Below the pieces are notes generated by a model. That model did no database searches, was not told the origin of the DNA, and was given only the letters and a program-made list of their open reading frames with translations. 64,000 nt of DNA from Clostridia bacterium (lineage in GTDB: Bacteria > Bacillota > Clostridia > UBA1212 > DUPL01), in contig JBMNIW010000003.1 of NCBI GenBank assembly GCA_050951325.1, positions 160,001-224,000 of the forward strand, in the 5' to 3' direction. The position numbers were made by a program, and so were the translations under genes. How positions within the stretch are numbered: position 1 is the first letter of the stretch; every line of letters begins with the position of its first letter. This document shows positions 21,331 through 29,484 of this stretch, piece after piece.

Positions 21331-23160
21331 CTAAAAATAACTGTTCAAATGTTGCAGCATAAATCTGTTTCTTGGCTCGACAAAATCCCTGTACGTATTA
21401 ATCAGGCTTTCCCAGCTTCTCATCTCTCCGCCATAGTATCCCCAGAACTGCTGCATATCCTTCATTCGCTCATACATGAATTTGTCAAGAAGATTGTTTA
21501 CAGCTTCCTTGGTTAATATTTCAGTGCACAATTTCCTCATGTATTCCTTGAATCTGCTTGCAAACTCCTTGTTCCTTACACAGCTTCTGAAGACCTGCCC
21601 TATTGCAGGCTCATTGAAACTCATTCCACTATTCAGAACAGCTTCATACGAGTTGTGATGCGGAGATGTAAATGCCGCCTGGATGTCCAGGTCTTTCAGT
21701 ATGAATCTCCATTTTCCATCCATGCCATAGACACTGTTGTTCGTAGGTCCTGTGTACTTCCAGGCAAGAACATTGTTGTGCGGCCAGTCGTTGTTTGCTA
21801 TGTACATTTGATATGCCATGTACTTGATAAAATTGTCCACATCAATTATTGCTTCTATTTCAGAAATATCCCTCTTGGAAAAGTCTGTACTTATAAGCTT
21901 ACGCATATCCTTTCTGAACTCGTCAAGGCCTTCTTCCGGACCATCTGTCAGCTTGTATGAAAATGTAAAGCCGGTGCCGGATGCAATACTTACCATCGTA
22001 ACATGATCTTTGGGTATCTTGTAGTGAGCTTCGATATAGTCCGCATCTATGGATTCACGCATGTTCATAAGAGAATAGTATTTTCCATTTATGTATACCA
22101 CACAGGGAGCGGAATCCTGGAAATCAACTCCCGCCATGCCTCCAAGCTTATGCAAAAAGGCATCCTTGAACATGGTTTGTCCAAAGTCATTGGCAGAGTT
22201 TCTAAGTATAATCCTTTCAAACTCTTTTATCTTGTTTCCATGCACATCATAAGCAGCATCAAAAAACTCATAAGCAAAGGAGTCGTGCTGCTCGTCATAC
22301 ACGCTTCTAGAAATAATTCTCAAGGATTTTATCGAGTTGTGCCTGGACATGCCGCCTGCAATTCGAACCCCCACATTTTGGTCAATTATCAGCTTCCCTT
22401 CCCTGTCGAATATCTGAATGCGGCATGGGCGTTCCCATTCCCTTCCTCTTTGGTTGTAGTTTCTTGGGAACCAGCCATCAATTTCACGTCTGGGGTTTCT
22501 GGTGCGTTCATCTTGAAAAGCTTTTCCCTGAATCATTATCCCACGCTCGTAATCATACAGGTCTTCTTCATCAATGATAATTGACACCAGATAGCTTCCA
22601 AATTTGTCCTGATAATTCGGTTCCTGGCCTTTTCCGTCAATTGTAAACGTGTAGTAGTAATAATCGCTGACTCTTACATCCCCGTCAAAGGCAGCAGCAA
22701 TAATCACAGTCATTCTTGATGATTCAATTGCCGACTCCGACTGGCTGGGTATTGCAATGGGCTTGGTATATAGAATGCTCTGTCTTACCCCTTCCTCATC
22801 AACCTTGCTCGGATGAGGAAGCTTTCCTCCAGCATACAAATACACTTCTCCTGTAGGAGCAACCTTCTCATCAGGAGAGGTGGACCTTCTTGAAGGACTT
22901 GTTATCGTATAATATATCTTCGCGTTTTCATCACTGCACTCAAGAGAAAAATCAAAACCTTCCGGATAGTATCCAGGTTCGTGGGAGCCTGTTATAACAA
23001 CCTTTATATCTACCGGTTCTTCTGTTGGCTGTGGTGTATTATCCGGCTTTACAACCGGCATCGTACCAAGACTTATACCTATTACTATCAATGTAATTAT
23101 CGCAACTGATATTGGTACATACAACAATTTAAGCAAATTAGTGTCCGCACTCTTTCTCAA
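21331..23160 (-). CDS. Membrane-anchored CotH-family kinase
   Basis: N-terminal TM, RGREWERP, GVRIAG..SR, YINGKY, NDWPHNN, GKWRFILKDLD. Confidence 0.85.
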   Translation of the reverse strand: MRKSADTNLLKLLYVPISVAIITLIVIGISLGTMPVVKPDNTPQPTEEPVDIKVVITGSHEPGYYPEGFDFSLECSDENAKIYYTITSPSRRSTSPDEKVAPTGEVYLYAGGKLPHPSKVDEEGVRQSILYTKPIAIPSQSESAIESSRMTVIIAAAFDGDVRVSDYYYYTFTIDGKGQEPNYQDKFGSYLVSIIIDEEDLYDYERGIMIQGKAFQDERTRNPRREIDGWFPRNYNQRGREWERPCRIQIFDREGKLIIDQNVGVRIAGGMSRHNSIKSLRIISRSVYDEQHDSFAYEFFDAAYDVHGNKIKEFERIILRNSANDFGQTMFKDAFLHKLGGMAGVDFQDSAPCVVYINGKYYSLMNMRESIDADYIEAHYKIPKDHVTMVSIASGTGFTFSYKLTDGPEEGLDEFRKDMRKLISTDFSKRDISEIEAIIDVDNFIKYMAYQMYIANNDWPHNNVLAWKYTGPTNNSVYGMDGKWRFILKDLDIQAAFTSPHHNSYEAVLNSGMSFNEPAIGQVFRSCVRNKEFASRFKEYMRKLCTEILTKEAVNNLLDKFMYERMKDMQQFWGYYGGEMRSWESLINTYRDFVEPRNRFMLQHLNSYF

Positions 23161-23242
23161 ACTTGATTACACCTCTACATATCCTTGTTAATATTAAGAG
23201 TTTAGCACCAAAAGCGGACTAAATCAATATAATCTTTAAAAG

Positions 23243-23277
23243 CAAGTTGCGGCAACCAAAATCTATTGCCGCAACCT
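23243..23277 (-). terminator. Terminator-like hairpin after trpB2
   Basis: GTTGCGGCAA...TTGCCGCAAC stem. Confidence 0.65.
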
Positions 23278-23286
23278 GTATGTTCC

Positions 23287-24660
23287 CTATTCTACTTTTG
23301 GAAGCCTTGAAAAACTTGCCTCAAGTTCTTCATCGGTTGGAATGTAATCCACCATTTCGCCTGAAATATAGCTTGAATATGCCGTCATGTCAAAGGTTCC
23401 TGTTCCTGTGAGGCCAAACAGTATTTTTTTTGCTTCTCCTGTTTCCTTGCACTTAAGAGCTTCATCGATTGCAACCCTTACAGCATGGCTTGATTCAGGA
23501 GCAGGAAGTATGGTTTCATGTTTTGCAAACAGGCAGGCAGCTTCAAATACTGCACTCTGCTCGACCGCCCTGGCCTCATCAATATAGCCGTCATAGTAAA
23601 GCTGGCTGAGCATTGGCGACATGCCGTGGTATCTAAGTCCTCCTGCGTGATTTGGTGATGGTTTGAAGTCGCTTCCCAATGTGTACATCTTTGCAAGAGG
23701 AGTTACTCTTCCGGTGTCGCAGAAGTCATATGCAAACTTGCCTCTTGTAAATGACGGACATGATGCAGGTTCTACTGCGATAAAGTATGGAGCCTTTCTG
23801 CCTGCAAACTTATCCTGCATGAAAGCGCCAATAAGACCACCAAGGTTTGATCCGCCTCCGGCACAACCAATTACTATGTCTGGATACTCATCCACAAGCT
23901 CCATTGCCTTCTTTGCCTCAAGCCCAATAATCGACTGATGCAGAATAACCTGGTTCATAACCGAACCCAACACATATCTGCAATCGTCCCTGGACATGGA
24001 TGCCTCGATGGCTTCAGATATGGCGCAACCAAGGCTGCCGTGGGTGTTGGGATCGTTCTTCAAAATCTCCCTGCCCACCTTTGTTGTTTCACTCGGACTT
24101 GGTATAACCTCAGCTCCAAAGGTTTCCATAACAGTCTTTCTGTACGGCTTCTGCTGGCTGCTTATCTTTACCATGTATACCTTTAGGTCAAGACCAAAGT
24201 GCGCACACGCCATGGCAAGAGCAGTACCCCATTGTCCTGCACCGGTTTCGGTGGTCAGACACTTAAGTCCCTGTTCCTTGGCGTAATACACCTGTGCAGC
24301 TGCAGAGTTCAGCTTGTGGCTGCCGGATGTATTGCTGCCTTCAAACTTGAAATATATCTTTGCAGGTGTGCCAAGAGCCTTCTCCAGATTGTATGCCCTA
24401 ATCAATGGAGATGGCCTGTAGATCTTGTAAAAGTTCAAAATCCCCTCTGGTATGTCAATATATCTGTCTTGCGTGTTCAACTCCTGCTTTGCCAGTTCCT
24501 CGCAAAATATAGGGTACAGATCCGTAACTCCCAATGGTTCCAATGTGGCAGGATTCAAATATGGAGCTGGTTTAACTTTCATGTCCGCCAGCATGTTGTA
24601 CCACTGTTTCGGCATCTGTTCCTCTGTAAGATAAATTTTGTACGGTACTTTTTTTGACAT
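23287..24660 (-). CDS. trpB2: TrpB2 (tryptophan synthase beta-like PLP enzyme)
   Basis: SGSHKLN PLP lysine, TETGAGQWG, GSLGCAISEA, PAPESSHA. Start MSKK at 24660 after AAGGAGAGG. Confidence 0.9.
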   Translation of the reverse strand: MSKKVPYKIYLTEEQMPKQWYNMLADMKVKPAPYLNPATLEPLGVTDLYPIFCEELAKQELNTQDRYIDIPEGILNFYKIYRPSPLIRAYNLEKALGTPAKIYFKFEGSNTSGSHKLNSAAAQVYYAKEQGLKCLTTETGAGQWGTALAMACAHFGLDLKVYMVKISSQQKPYRKTVMETFGAEVIPSPSETTKVGREILKNDPNTHGSLGCAISEAIEASMSRDDCRYVLGSVMNQVILHQSIIGLEAKKAMELVDEYPDIVIGCAGGGSNLGGLIGAFMQDKFAGRKAPYFIAVEPASCPSFTRGKFAYDFCDTGRVTPLAKMYTLGSDFKPSPNHAGGLRYHGMSPMLSQLYYDGYIDEARAVEQSAVFEAACLFAKHETILPAPESSHAVRVAIDEALKCKETGEAKKILFGLTGTGTFDMTAYSSYISGEMVDYIPTDEELEASFSRLPKVE

Positions 24661-24694
24661 TTTCAACCTCTCCTTAATTCTATATTTTCCCAAT

Positions 24695-24962
24695 AAAAAA
24701 ACTCTTGCCCTTGAAATATAAGGACAAGAGTACAATTCTCCTGCGGTACCACCTTAATTGGTCTTTCGACCCGCTCATTCCATACACCATCATGTATGCT
24801 CCCTTGATAATGGGTGGAGATCCCATCAGCTACTACTCCAGATTTAATCTGTTTCGGTCTGCCCTCATGAGTCCATTCAGTTGGTACTTAAATACAGCGC
24901 TCTCACCATATACGCCGCTCTCTTTGATTCAAGAAGCCAACTTACTCTTCTCAATCACAGGT
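24695..24962 (-). promoter_or_regulatory. T-box riboswitch with Trp (UGG) specifier
   Basis: Minus strand: GAATGGAC specifier (24873-24875), AGTA box, T-box AAGGTGGTACCGCAG (24741-24755), terminator CTCTTGTCCTT..AAGGGCAAGAG-T7. Confidence 0.92.
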
Positions 24963-24982
24963 TTAAATTTTAAATTTTGAGT

Positions 24983-25011
24983 ATTATACAGCAAAGAATA
25001 ATAATTGTCAA
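24983..25011 (-). promoter_or_regulatory. Sigma-A promoter of the T-box/trpB2 transcript
   Basis: Perfect TTGACA-17-TATAAT on the minus strand. Confidence 0.85.
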
Positions 25012-25038
25012 CACCCATTTATTAATTAACAGTTTTAT
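25012..25038 (+). repeat. Left target-site duplication of the IS1202-type element (its last 13 bp re-duplicated by IS30)
   Basis: CACCCATTTATTAATTAACAGTTTTA at 25012-25037 recurs at 28767-28792. Confidence 0.88.
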
Positions 25039-25070
25039 GGTCATTTGAATTTTTAAATGCAAAGATACAG

Positions 25071-26847
25071 TTGCATTTACTTCTTCCGAAGATGCAAATA
25101 CTCACATTCTAATAACTTATGGCTAGAGTTGCATTTACTTTTTCCTAATACCAAATGCCTTTATGGGTACCGGAGGGTACCCATAAAAATTGCGTTTACT
25201 TTTTCCTAATTATGTGCAATTATTTCCTTGTTGCCTGTCCAGGAGTAGAAGGAGGCATTTATGGGTAAACATTTGACATTGGAAGACAGGATCACCATTC
25301 AAAAAATGCTTAAGGAAGGTAAATCGTTTGCTGAAATAGCTGTGGATTTGTCACGACCGGCAAGCACCATTATGAGAGAAGTAAAAAAACATCGTGTTTT
25401 CATCAGTCGAAAAGAGGTTTCAACCATGCAAACCAAAAATGCGTGTAAAAAGCGTTTTGACTGCAAAATCGCGGGTAAATGCAAAAAGCCTTCATGCGAG
25501 GCAATACACCACAAGAATTGCAAGTACTGCGGTGGATGTAATGATTTTTGCAGTGAGTTCGAGGAAGATATATGTACCAGATATGATTCTCCGCCATATG
25601 TTTGCAATAGCTGTGAAAAGAAACCAAGATGTCCACTGTCCAAATACTTGTATGATGCCGAAAAAGCGCACAAAGAGTACAGGAAAAAGCTCTCGGAATC
25701 CAGACAGGGCATTTCGGTAACCGGTGAGCATTTGAAGCATATTGACGATATCATTTCTCCAAGATTGAAAAAAGGACAATCAATACACTTGATATGCACG
25801 GAGCAAAAAGATGTTTTGAACCTTTCCGAAAGAAGTGTATACAAATACTTACATATGGGGCTTTTGTCAGCCAAACCTACCGATTTGTCACGTACCGTCC
25901 AGAGAAGGTTAAGAAAAAAAGCCGGACCTGCCGTAAAAGTGGACAAGCAGTGCTTCAAAGGCAGGACATATTCCGATTTCCAGGCTTATCTGGAACAAAG
26001 CGGTTATGTCAACGTTGTTGAAATGGATACTGTTATGGGAAGAAAGGGCGAATCGGCAGTTGTGCTGTCCTTGCTTTTCAAAAACTGCGATTTGCAGCTA
26101 TACTTCTACCGCAGTGCCAATACAGCTCGCTCAGTAGCGGAGATATTTGATGAACTCAGGTCAAAGCTGACAGATTCGGAATTCTCAAAACTGTTCCCTG
26201 TCATTCTCACTGACAGGGGCTCCGAGTTTACCGATCCAACCACCATTGAGATTAATAGAGAAACAGGGGAAGCTCAGTCGAGAGTGTTTTACTGTGATCC
26301 TATGAACTCAAACCAAAAGGCAAAATGCGAAAGGAACCATGAGTTTTTCCGTTGCATTTTGCCTAAGGGGTCGTCTTTTTCCGGACTTAATCGGGAAAAA
26401 ACAGACCTGATTACTAATCATATAAACTCATACCCCAGACCGAGGCTTGGGGCTAAATCGCCAATTGCTGTCTTCAAAGCAATATATGGCGATGAAATCG
26501 CCGCAAAACTCGGTCTGGTTGAAATACCAGCAAAGGATGTAATCTTGCATCCAGTTTTAATAAAATAATCATATCCTAAACATTGATAACTCCTGGCGGG
26601 CAAAATGAGTCAAAAAAGCTTTGCATTTACTTCTTCGTAAAAATTAAGAAATTATGCAAGGCTAGTTTGTCATGCCCAAAAACATCCTCTAACTGAACCT
26701 TTTATTTTAAATTATAGATTAAACCAGCAAAAAACGCAACGATTTCTCTGTATGGGGCAGAAAAATCGTTGCATTTACTTCTTCTCGTTTGCATTTACTT
26801 TTGCAAATTGCATTTACTTCTTCTCGTTTGCATTTACTTTTGCAATT
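25071..26847 (+). repeat. Subterminal TTGCATTTACTT repeat arrays of the IS30 element
   Basis: Copies at 25071, 25129, 25190 (one mismatch), 26621, 26769, 26789, 26808, 26828. Confidence 0.88.
25261..26568 (+). CDS. IS30-family DDE transposase with a 12-Cys insert
   Basis: HLTLEDR..STIMREV HTH, EMDTV, TDRGSEF, KAKCERNH, NHINSYPR. Confidence 0.92.
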   Translation: MGKHLTLEDRITIQKMLKEGKSFAEIAVDLSRPASTIMREVKKHRVFISRKEVSTMQTKNACKKRFDCKIAGKCKKPSCEAIHHKNCKYCGGCNDFCSEFEEDICTRYDSPPYVCNSCEKKPRCPLSKYLYDAEKAHKEYRKKLSESRQGISVTGEHLKHIDDIISPRLKKGQSIHLICTEQKDVLNLSERSVYKYLHMGLLSAKPTDLSRTVQRRLRKKAGPAVKVDKQCFKGRTYSDFQAYLEQSGYVNVVEMDTVMGRKGESAVVLSLLFKNCDLQLYFYRSANTARSVAEIFDELRSKLTDSEFSKLFPVILTDRGSEFTDPTTIEINRETGEAQSRVFYCDPMNSNQKAKCERNHEFFRCILPKGSSFSGLNREKTDLITNHINSYPRPRLGAKSPIAVFKAIYGDEIAAKLGLVEIPAKDVILHPVLIK

Positions 26848-26864
26848 AACCTTAACAGTTTTAT

Positions 26865-28766
26865 TGTCGTTAAAATATGATAATGTCTTACTATACCACA
26901 TGTGATTATGTCCCATGTGGTATAATCAGAAGAAAAAATAATAAATGGTGGTATAATATGGAATTGGAATTACGTAAACATGAGCTAAGAAAGTATAATG
27001 CAATAAAAGACTGTGTTGAAAATCATGGAAATAAAAAGCGAGTAGCAGCTCAATTAGGTTGTACCCTAAGACATGTTAATCGCTTAATAAGTGGCTTTAA
27101 TAAGCATGGAAAGCAATTCTTTGTGCATGGCAATAGAGGGAGAAAACCATCACATGCAATTGATGAGAAAATCAAGGAAAACGTCATTAACCTTTACAAC
27201 ACTACATATGCGGATGCTAATTTTACTCATTATTGTAAATTTCTAAAAACTAAAGAAAAAATCAATGTATCATACAGTTATGTTAGACAAGTTCTGATGA
27301 ATGCTAATATTTGCTCTCCAAAGACTAGAAGAAAGACAAGGAAAGCATTAGCAAAAAGGCTGAAGGAAGCAAAAAAAGAAGCAAAAGCAAGAAAGAAGTT
27401 AAAAAAATTGATAAAGCAATTTTATCTTTATCAGAAGTTCATCCCAGACGTCCCAGAAGAGCATATCCTGGGGAGTTGATTCAAATGGATGCCTCCCAAC
27501 ACATATGGTTTGGTTCTAAAATGATACATTTGCATGCTGCCATAGATGACTGCACTGGTGCCATATTGGGTGCATACTTCGATGAACAAGAGACATTAAA
27601 CGGCTATTATAACGTTATGCATCAGCTAATAACCAATTATGGTATTCCATGTGAGATTTTAACAGACAGGCGTACAATATTTGAATACAAGAAAACAAAA
27701 GAGACTAAAGTTGAAAACGATACTATGACTCAATTTGCTTACGCTTGTCAAACCCTGGGAGTAATACTTAATACAACAAGTGTAAGCCAGGCCAAAGGGC
27801 GTGTTGAAAGGCTGTTTGGAACTTTGCAATCACGCCTCACTGTTGAACTCAGACTGGCCAATATAGAATCAATTGAGCAAGCGAATGAATTCCTTATTAA
27901 AAATTTTCTCCCAGAATTTAACGAGGAATTTTCGTTGCCATATAATATTAGCAAATCGGTGTTCATTCCGCAAGCTGAATATCAAGATATAAATCTTATA
28001 CTAGCTGTACTGACTGACCGTAAAATAGACAAAGGTTGTTGCATCAAGTATAGAAATACCCATTACAAGTTAGTTAACGAAAAGGGCGATTACGTGTATT
28101 ACCAAAGCGGCACAGAAGGGCTCGTTATTCAAGCTTTAGACGGTAACCTGTATTTCAGTGTTAATGATATGGTATACGCACTAGAAGAGGTTCCTGTGCA
28201 CGCAGAGACATCTAAGACCTTCGATCCTGCTCCTAATGAGAAAAAGGAACGCAAGATATACATACCTCCTATGAGTCATCCTTGGAAAAAAGCCTCTTTT
28301 GACAGTTATGTTAGGAAACAGAAGCATAGGCAGAAATTAATGGCCTAAAACACGTTTAAGGCTTACAGGCAAGTTTAATGAAATGGATATCATTAAGCCA
28401 CAAGAAACATAGTGGCTGTCTTGTGCTGCCAAAAAACAACATGGAACGTATGCCTTAATTCCCTTAATATCAATTCTTTCTGATGCCCCGAGATAATTAC
28501 CATAAAACGTGAGAAAAGGGAGGGTTCGCTATGCTTAAATTAAAAATACGAGGGCATTAAGTGGCTTTGAACCTTATCATCAACCCTCCCGTCAGCCCGT
28601 CGACACCTCTGTTCAGCATAGCAGAAGAGGTCAAGTCAAGAGAAGAAACAAAGTGACTCTTGACTTGGCCTCTACCGACCTTTTGAAGTACATATACTCA
28701 AATTAAATATGGTTCTTATGCTGTTTTTTCTTATTTTTTTGGGGACATTTTCAAATACGGTTGACA
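26865..28766 (+). mobile_element. IS1202-type (former ISNCY) insertion sequence
   Basis: TGTC...GACA ends with imperfect 23-bp IR; 26-27-bp direct repeat; matching transposase motifs. Confidence 0.82.
26958..28348 (+). pseudogene. IS1202/ISNCY-type transposase split by a -1 frameshift near 27370-27410
   Basis: ORF1 has HTH and HGNRGRKP; the -1 frame continues EVKKID...HPRRPRRAYPGELIQMDAS, IDDCTG, TDRR, QAKGRVER. Confidence 0.8.
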
Positions 28767-28793
28767 CACCCATTTATTAATTAACAGTTTTAA
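28767..28793 (+). repeat. Right target-site duplication of the IS1202-type element
   Basis: Matches 25012-25038 at 26 of 27 positions. Confidence 0.85.
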
Positions 28794-28890
28794 TAAAATT
28801 TATACAAATAAACTTTTCATAAACGCAACATTCAACCCCTCCTCAACAGTTTTATAAATGTACAACATTTAACCAAAGAAAGGTGATAGT

Positions 28891-29463
28891 ATGAAAAAAC
28901 TTATGCTGATTCTATTAAGTGTAATTCTTGTTGTCTCTATTGCAGCATGCGCAAGAGACAATAATAACGGTGATGATGATCCAAAGGCCACCGAAGAACC
29001 AAAAGGAACTGAAAAACCAAAGACAGAAGGAAATCTCGAAGGTTCATTGGAAGAACTCATTGAAAAGATCTATGAGAACGCAGATGTGGATTACTCCAAC
29101 ATCGAACTGGTAAACACAGAAGTAACAGAAGAAACCTGTGAATACTTTACCGGTGTTGCAGACCTTGAATATGAAGAAGCATTGGCTTCAGAGCCTGCAA
29201 TAAATCCTGGAGCACACTCACTGGTACTTATCATAATGCCTGAAGGCGCTGACATAGATAAGGCAAGACAGGAAATACTTGAAGGTGCGGATCCATTCAA
29301 ATGGGTATGCGTAGGAGTAGAAAAGGTCATAGTCAACAACGCAGGCAACCTTATAATCCTCATCATGTCCAACGATGCGGACGCACTCCATGACAGCTTC
29401 CTGGAGCTTGCAGGAGATCTTGCAGGCGAGCCAATCAGCAAGGAAGGCAAAGCTCAGGAATAA
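28891..29463 (+). CDS. Lipoprotein (DUF4358-like) of the MBOAT-DHHW triad
   Basis: Lipobox IAAC, KWVCV motif, position in the operon. Confidence 0.65.
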   Translation: MKKLMLILLSVILVVSIAACARDNNNGDDDPKATEEPKGTEKPKTEGNLEGSLEELIEKIYENADVDYSNIELVNTEVTEETCEYFTGVADLEYEEALASEPAINPGAHSLVLIIMPEGADIDKARQEILEGADPFKWVCVGVEKVIVNNAGNLIILIMSNDADALHDSFLELAGDLAGEPISKEGKAQE

Positions 29464-29484
29464 TTGCAGAAAAGAGGGTGTAAA

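Larger units (their letters stand above)
25039..26851 (+). mobile_element. IS30-family insertion sequence with 13-bp TSD
   Basis: Imperfect 25-bp IRs (GGTCATTTGAATTTTTAAATGCAAA vs GGTTAATTGCAAAAGTAAATGCAAA); TTAACAGTTTTAT at 25026-25038 and 26852-26864. Confidence 0.88.

Noticed and set aside
24661-24980. N-terminal extension of trpB2 and ORF 24705-24980
   Set aside because: They overlap the T-box leader; the real start has an SD at 24660
25012-25038. Xer-site targeting by the IS1202-type element
   Set aside because: The target does not resemble dif, and the long TSD fits the non-Xer-targeting subgroup
25071-25210. Mini CRISPR array (three repeats of about 21 bp at about 60-bp period)
   Set aside because: The motif is part of the IS30 IR and recurs irregularly at the other end; repeats are short and degenerate, and no cas gene is present
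28761-28800. Hybrid outward promoter from the TTGACA at the IS1202 right end
   Set aside because: No acceptable -10 hexamer 16-18 bp downstream
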